Assembly (NCBI GenBank): GCA_964016885.1
Contig: OZ024740.1
Coordinates: 174,468,001 to 174,532,000, forward strand
Source of the DNA: Eledone cirrhosa
Taxonomy: Eukaryota
Direction: 5' to 3'
DNA: 64,000 nt
Shown: positions 59,257 to 64,000 of the stretch, piece by piece
Numbering within the stretch: the stretch's first letter is position 1
Layout: each line of letters starts with the position of its first letter
Notes under the pieces: generated by a model
What the model saw: only the letters and a program-made list of their open reading frames with translations
Database searches by the model: none
Told to the model about the DNA's origin: nothing
Made by a program: the position numbers and the translations under genes

Positions 59257-60402
59257 ATAGATATATACATACATACACACACATACATACATTGAGGTAA
59301 AATTGGGTAAAGTGTTTAGTGGAAGAGCTTGATGGGGAGACATGATAAGGGCTATAGAGAGGAGATACTTGTGGGAGGTGTTGACTTGGATAACGAAGCT
59401 ATACAGATAGCTACTTCAGAGACGGTTCTAATAACAGTAGAAGAGGCTAAAAAAAGGAACAGAGCTTCTGCGAACTATTGGTTGAAACGTGTTGGTGATT
59501 GAATATTTGCGGAAAAGCCAGATGGTCTTTGGGATGCAGCATGGTTTGTCAATGAACGATAAAATTAGTACCAGATGGAAATTGGTATTGGGCTCGATAT
59601 AATCGACTAAAACCATTGAAAGTGATGTTCTAGCATGTCCTCCGTGAAATGACTACAACCAATAAAAGAATAGAAGAATGTTGTTTTTTTTTGGGGGGGG
59701 GGGGGGGGTCGGGATTAGTGTATCTTGAACTATATTATCCGTGTGTCCTTTGTTCCTTACGGCGGTTGGGCTTATTTGAGGATGGTTTGGCTGCTACTTG
59801 AAACAGAACGAGTGACTTCATTAGCTCGCCATTATTTAACTCGGCGTTAGTGGTATGTAAAACATTTAGTCATAATAAAACATTCATCTTATAAACATTT
59901 CTGAATGTTTATTTGCCTGTTAAAATCGCTTTTACTGATAAAAATATACAAAAGCAATAGTGAGCTAGGTTTTCAGAATATGAAGAATAAAACTTCTATA
60001 AAGATGCTAGTGCTGATATAATTAACAAGAGACAGATACAGACAAAACAGAAGTGAGCTGGGGGACATATTATGTGTGATCGATTTTTAAGCAAATAAAT
60101 TCATTGGTCGTAAAAGTAAAATTACCTTAAATATTCATGACCACTAGCGAACGTCTTTACGCATATTTCTAGTGAAATCTGTTCAATACTCAATGCTATA
60201 TTAGAATGTTGATCTATCATTACTTCAAACTGGTGATTTTTCACGTGAACACCTCTGTTGTGGGAAGCTTACTGTGGAAAAAAGATAAAAACTGAATGAA
60301 AGACTATTTTTCTGCATTTTTTTTCTTTGTTTGGTTTTTAGTTTGTTTTGTGAAATGTGTTTCAGAATTACTGAATTACTCACCCATCATTGCAAACTAA
60401 CA

Positions 60403-61635
<1,233 letters not shown>

Positions 61636-61636
61636 C

Positions 61637-61776
<140 letters not shown>

Positions 61777-62117
61777 ATACTTGGGGAGGGTCATATTTGT
61801 GTAATATTGCCAGAATTAATAACAGAACACACTCACTGTTTGGTTGGTTTTCGCTTTTCGCTTCTGTGTCTTTTATATCGGTAATCTAACTTACTCGGTT
61901 CTCAATGTTGTCATTGACTGACCGACGGTCAAAAATAATACAGATATAATATAGACACAAACACATATATATAGTTTATCAAAGTTCTTTCGTTGCACAT
62001 CTGCAACATCGTCAGTGGTGCTATTGTTTCCTTCCGTTACATTGTATGTCTACGCCATTTTTATTTAGTCTGTCTATATACATATATATATTTCGTATAT
62101 ATGTATATATATATATG

Positions 62118-62156
<39 letters not shown>

Positions 62157-62182
62157 TTCGTATATATGTATATATATATATG

Positions 62183-62325
<143 letters not shown>

Positions 62326-62431
62326 AAGTATATATCCCTACACGCAAAATACATATAGGGACACATGTATTATCCAACCATATGCCAATGTGGTTCTATG
62401 GCAGGTTAATAAATTAACGAGCCAGAACATA

Positions 62432-62932
62432 TATAATCAAAGTTTAGCAAATGAGAAAAAGTTTTAAAATAAATTTAAAAAAATTCACTGTACTTGCTGT
62501 AGTTACCTTTACCGTACGGTTTCGAGTCTTTGCGTGTTGGGATATATACTTTATTATTATTAATCACCCCCTGGTCGAGATAACATTTGGTCGTTTTGAC
62601 TGCTGCTATTTATAGTAATAGTAGATTGACCTTTCCGCCTCTGCCTTCTATCTTTGCACACGGCACTGGACAGAATTGCTTCCACATCATTCATTCTCAT
62701 CTCGGGAACAATTTGGAATAGCGCCAGTTCGTAATTCGAACTCGGGAATTTTATATTCTCCGAGTGAAAAGAACCTTCTGGCGAGAGTCTTTCTTTTCAA
62801 TGAAGGCCCGTAAGGGCTATCCATTTATTTTTGAGACTCGAAACCGTACGGTAAAGGTAACCATAGCAGGTACAGTGAATTTTTTCAAATTTATTTTAAA
62901 ACTTTTTCTTATTTGCTAAACCTTGATTATAT
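62432..62932 (+). mobile_element. PLE-type terminal repeat with about 97 bp inverted arms
   Basis: 62432-62529 versus 62834-62930. Confidence 0.75.
62773..62858 (+). ncRNA. Type I hammerhead motif, A6G core variant
   Basis: ACCTT-CTGGCGA-GAGTCT...AGACTC-GAAA-CCGTACG-GTA-AAGGT; all three stems perfect; palindromic ACCGTACGGT stem III. Confidence 0.82.
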
Positions 62933-63867
62933 ATATATATAGATTTACATATACATAAACTAGACAGAGCCATAGATATATATATATGTGTGTTTGGGGC
63001 AACCATTCACGGTGTGACTCAATGACGAATTAATTAATTAAATAATCAACAGTCAGAGCAATATACAAGAAAGTACGTCCATAGAATCATTTGATAAAAT
63101 ATATACAGTATTTCCTCTCCCAATAAGCATAATCAACCACACAAAAAATCAATTAAACAAGGCTATAAGATTAAAAGGCACCTATGAAGAAACAATAGAT
63201 AAATAAACGATAGCTATTATATTCGCGATCAACAGCCACAGAATATTTACCCAGTATTTCTAATAGCCCGTGGAAATCGATTAGATAAATAGCCAATCCA
63301 TTCACAATTAGGTACAAAATCAAAGTTAGAAGAAAAAATGTATATAAGCATACCAAAATTATGTCTCTACCCCATGAGATTTCATTCGCTTTTTGGAAAT
63401 ATCCGATCAAGGATAAATTCACGAGTTTCGAAATCATCAGGAAACAAACTCAATTGGACAAAGATTTTTCTTAAATGATCTTAAAATCTCACCGCCCCAC
63501 ATAATGACGTATTATCTTCTTCGATTTTTCCGTTCATTGCCAGAGAACGTCTCCACGAACCACCTAATAGAATATTAGTCTACGACTTCATTTATACCTT
63601 AAACGTGGTTTTGTCTTTGCGTGTATTTGTTTTCATCACTCCAAATAATGACGTATTATCTTCGTTTTTTCCGTCTTTACCTGGGAACGTTTCCACGAAC
63701 CAAAGTATCGTCTTCCTGTCTTCCTTCGGTTGTAACGTTTTTCGAAATATTTACTTCTGCGTTCACAGATTGATTTTTTTAGTTTCAGGAGATCCCGTTA
63801 AGGGTGAAAGCAGCGATTCTTTGCTTAAACTTTAATCTGTTATTTTAATAAATATATATATATATCG

Positions 63868-63973
<106 letters not shown>

Positions 63974-64000
63974 GCACACATATATATATACACACATATA

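Overview
AT-rich, microsatellite-saturated metazoan DNA, intergenic or intronic. The SINE families and repeat landscape suggest a coleoid cephalopod such as an octopus; this is inference. I cannot support any host protein-coding gene. The window is a mosaic of decayed transposons: RTE LINEs (one near full length, with a PHD finger inside its RT), a CR1-type LINE, four R4/Dong-like RLE retroelements (three sitting in (TACA)n), a DD37D maT transposon, a Helitron 3' end, TTAA-type MITEs, about a dozen tRNA-derived SINEs and several Penelope-like elements (PLEs). The most striking signal is a set of type I hammerhead ribozyme motifs from at least seven sequence-unrelated families, folded by hand. 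Most have a self-complementary stem III. They sit in PLE terminal repeats and in non-coding tandem or inverted units inserted in (TA)n tracts, which points to a PLE-dependent, retrozyme-like RNA system. Other observations include a modular RTE-type non-autonomous family with one structured leader and swapped, covarying 3' stem-loops, many long palindromes, and a (TA)n/CATG satellite with higher-order structure. Boundaries were read by eye and are approximate.
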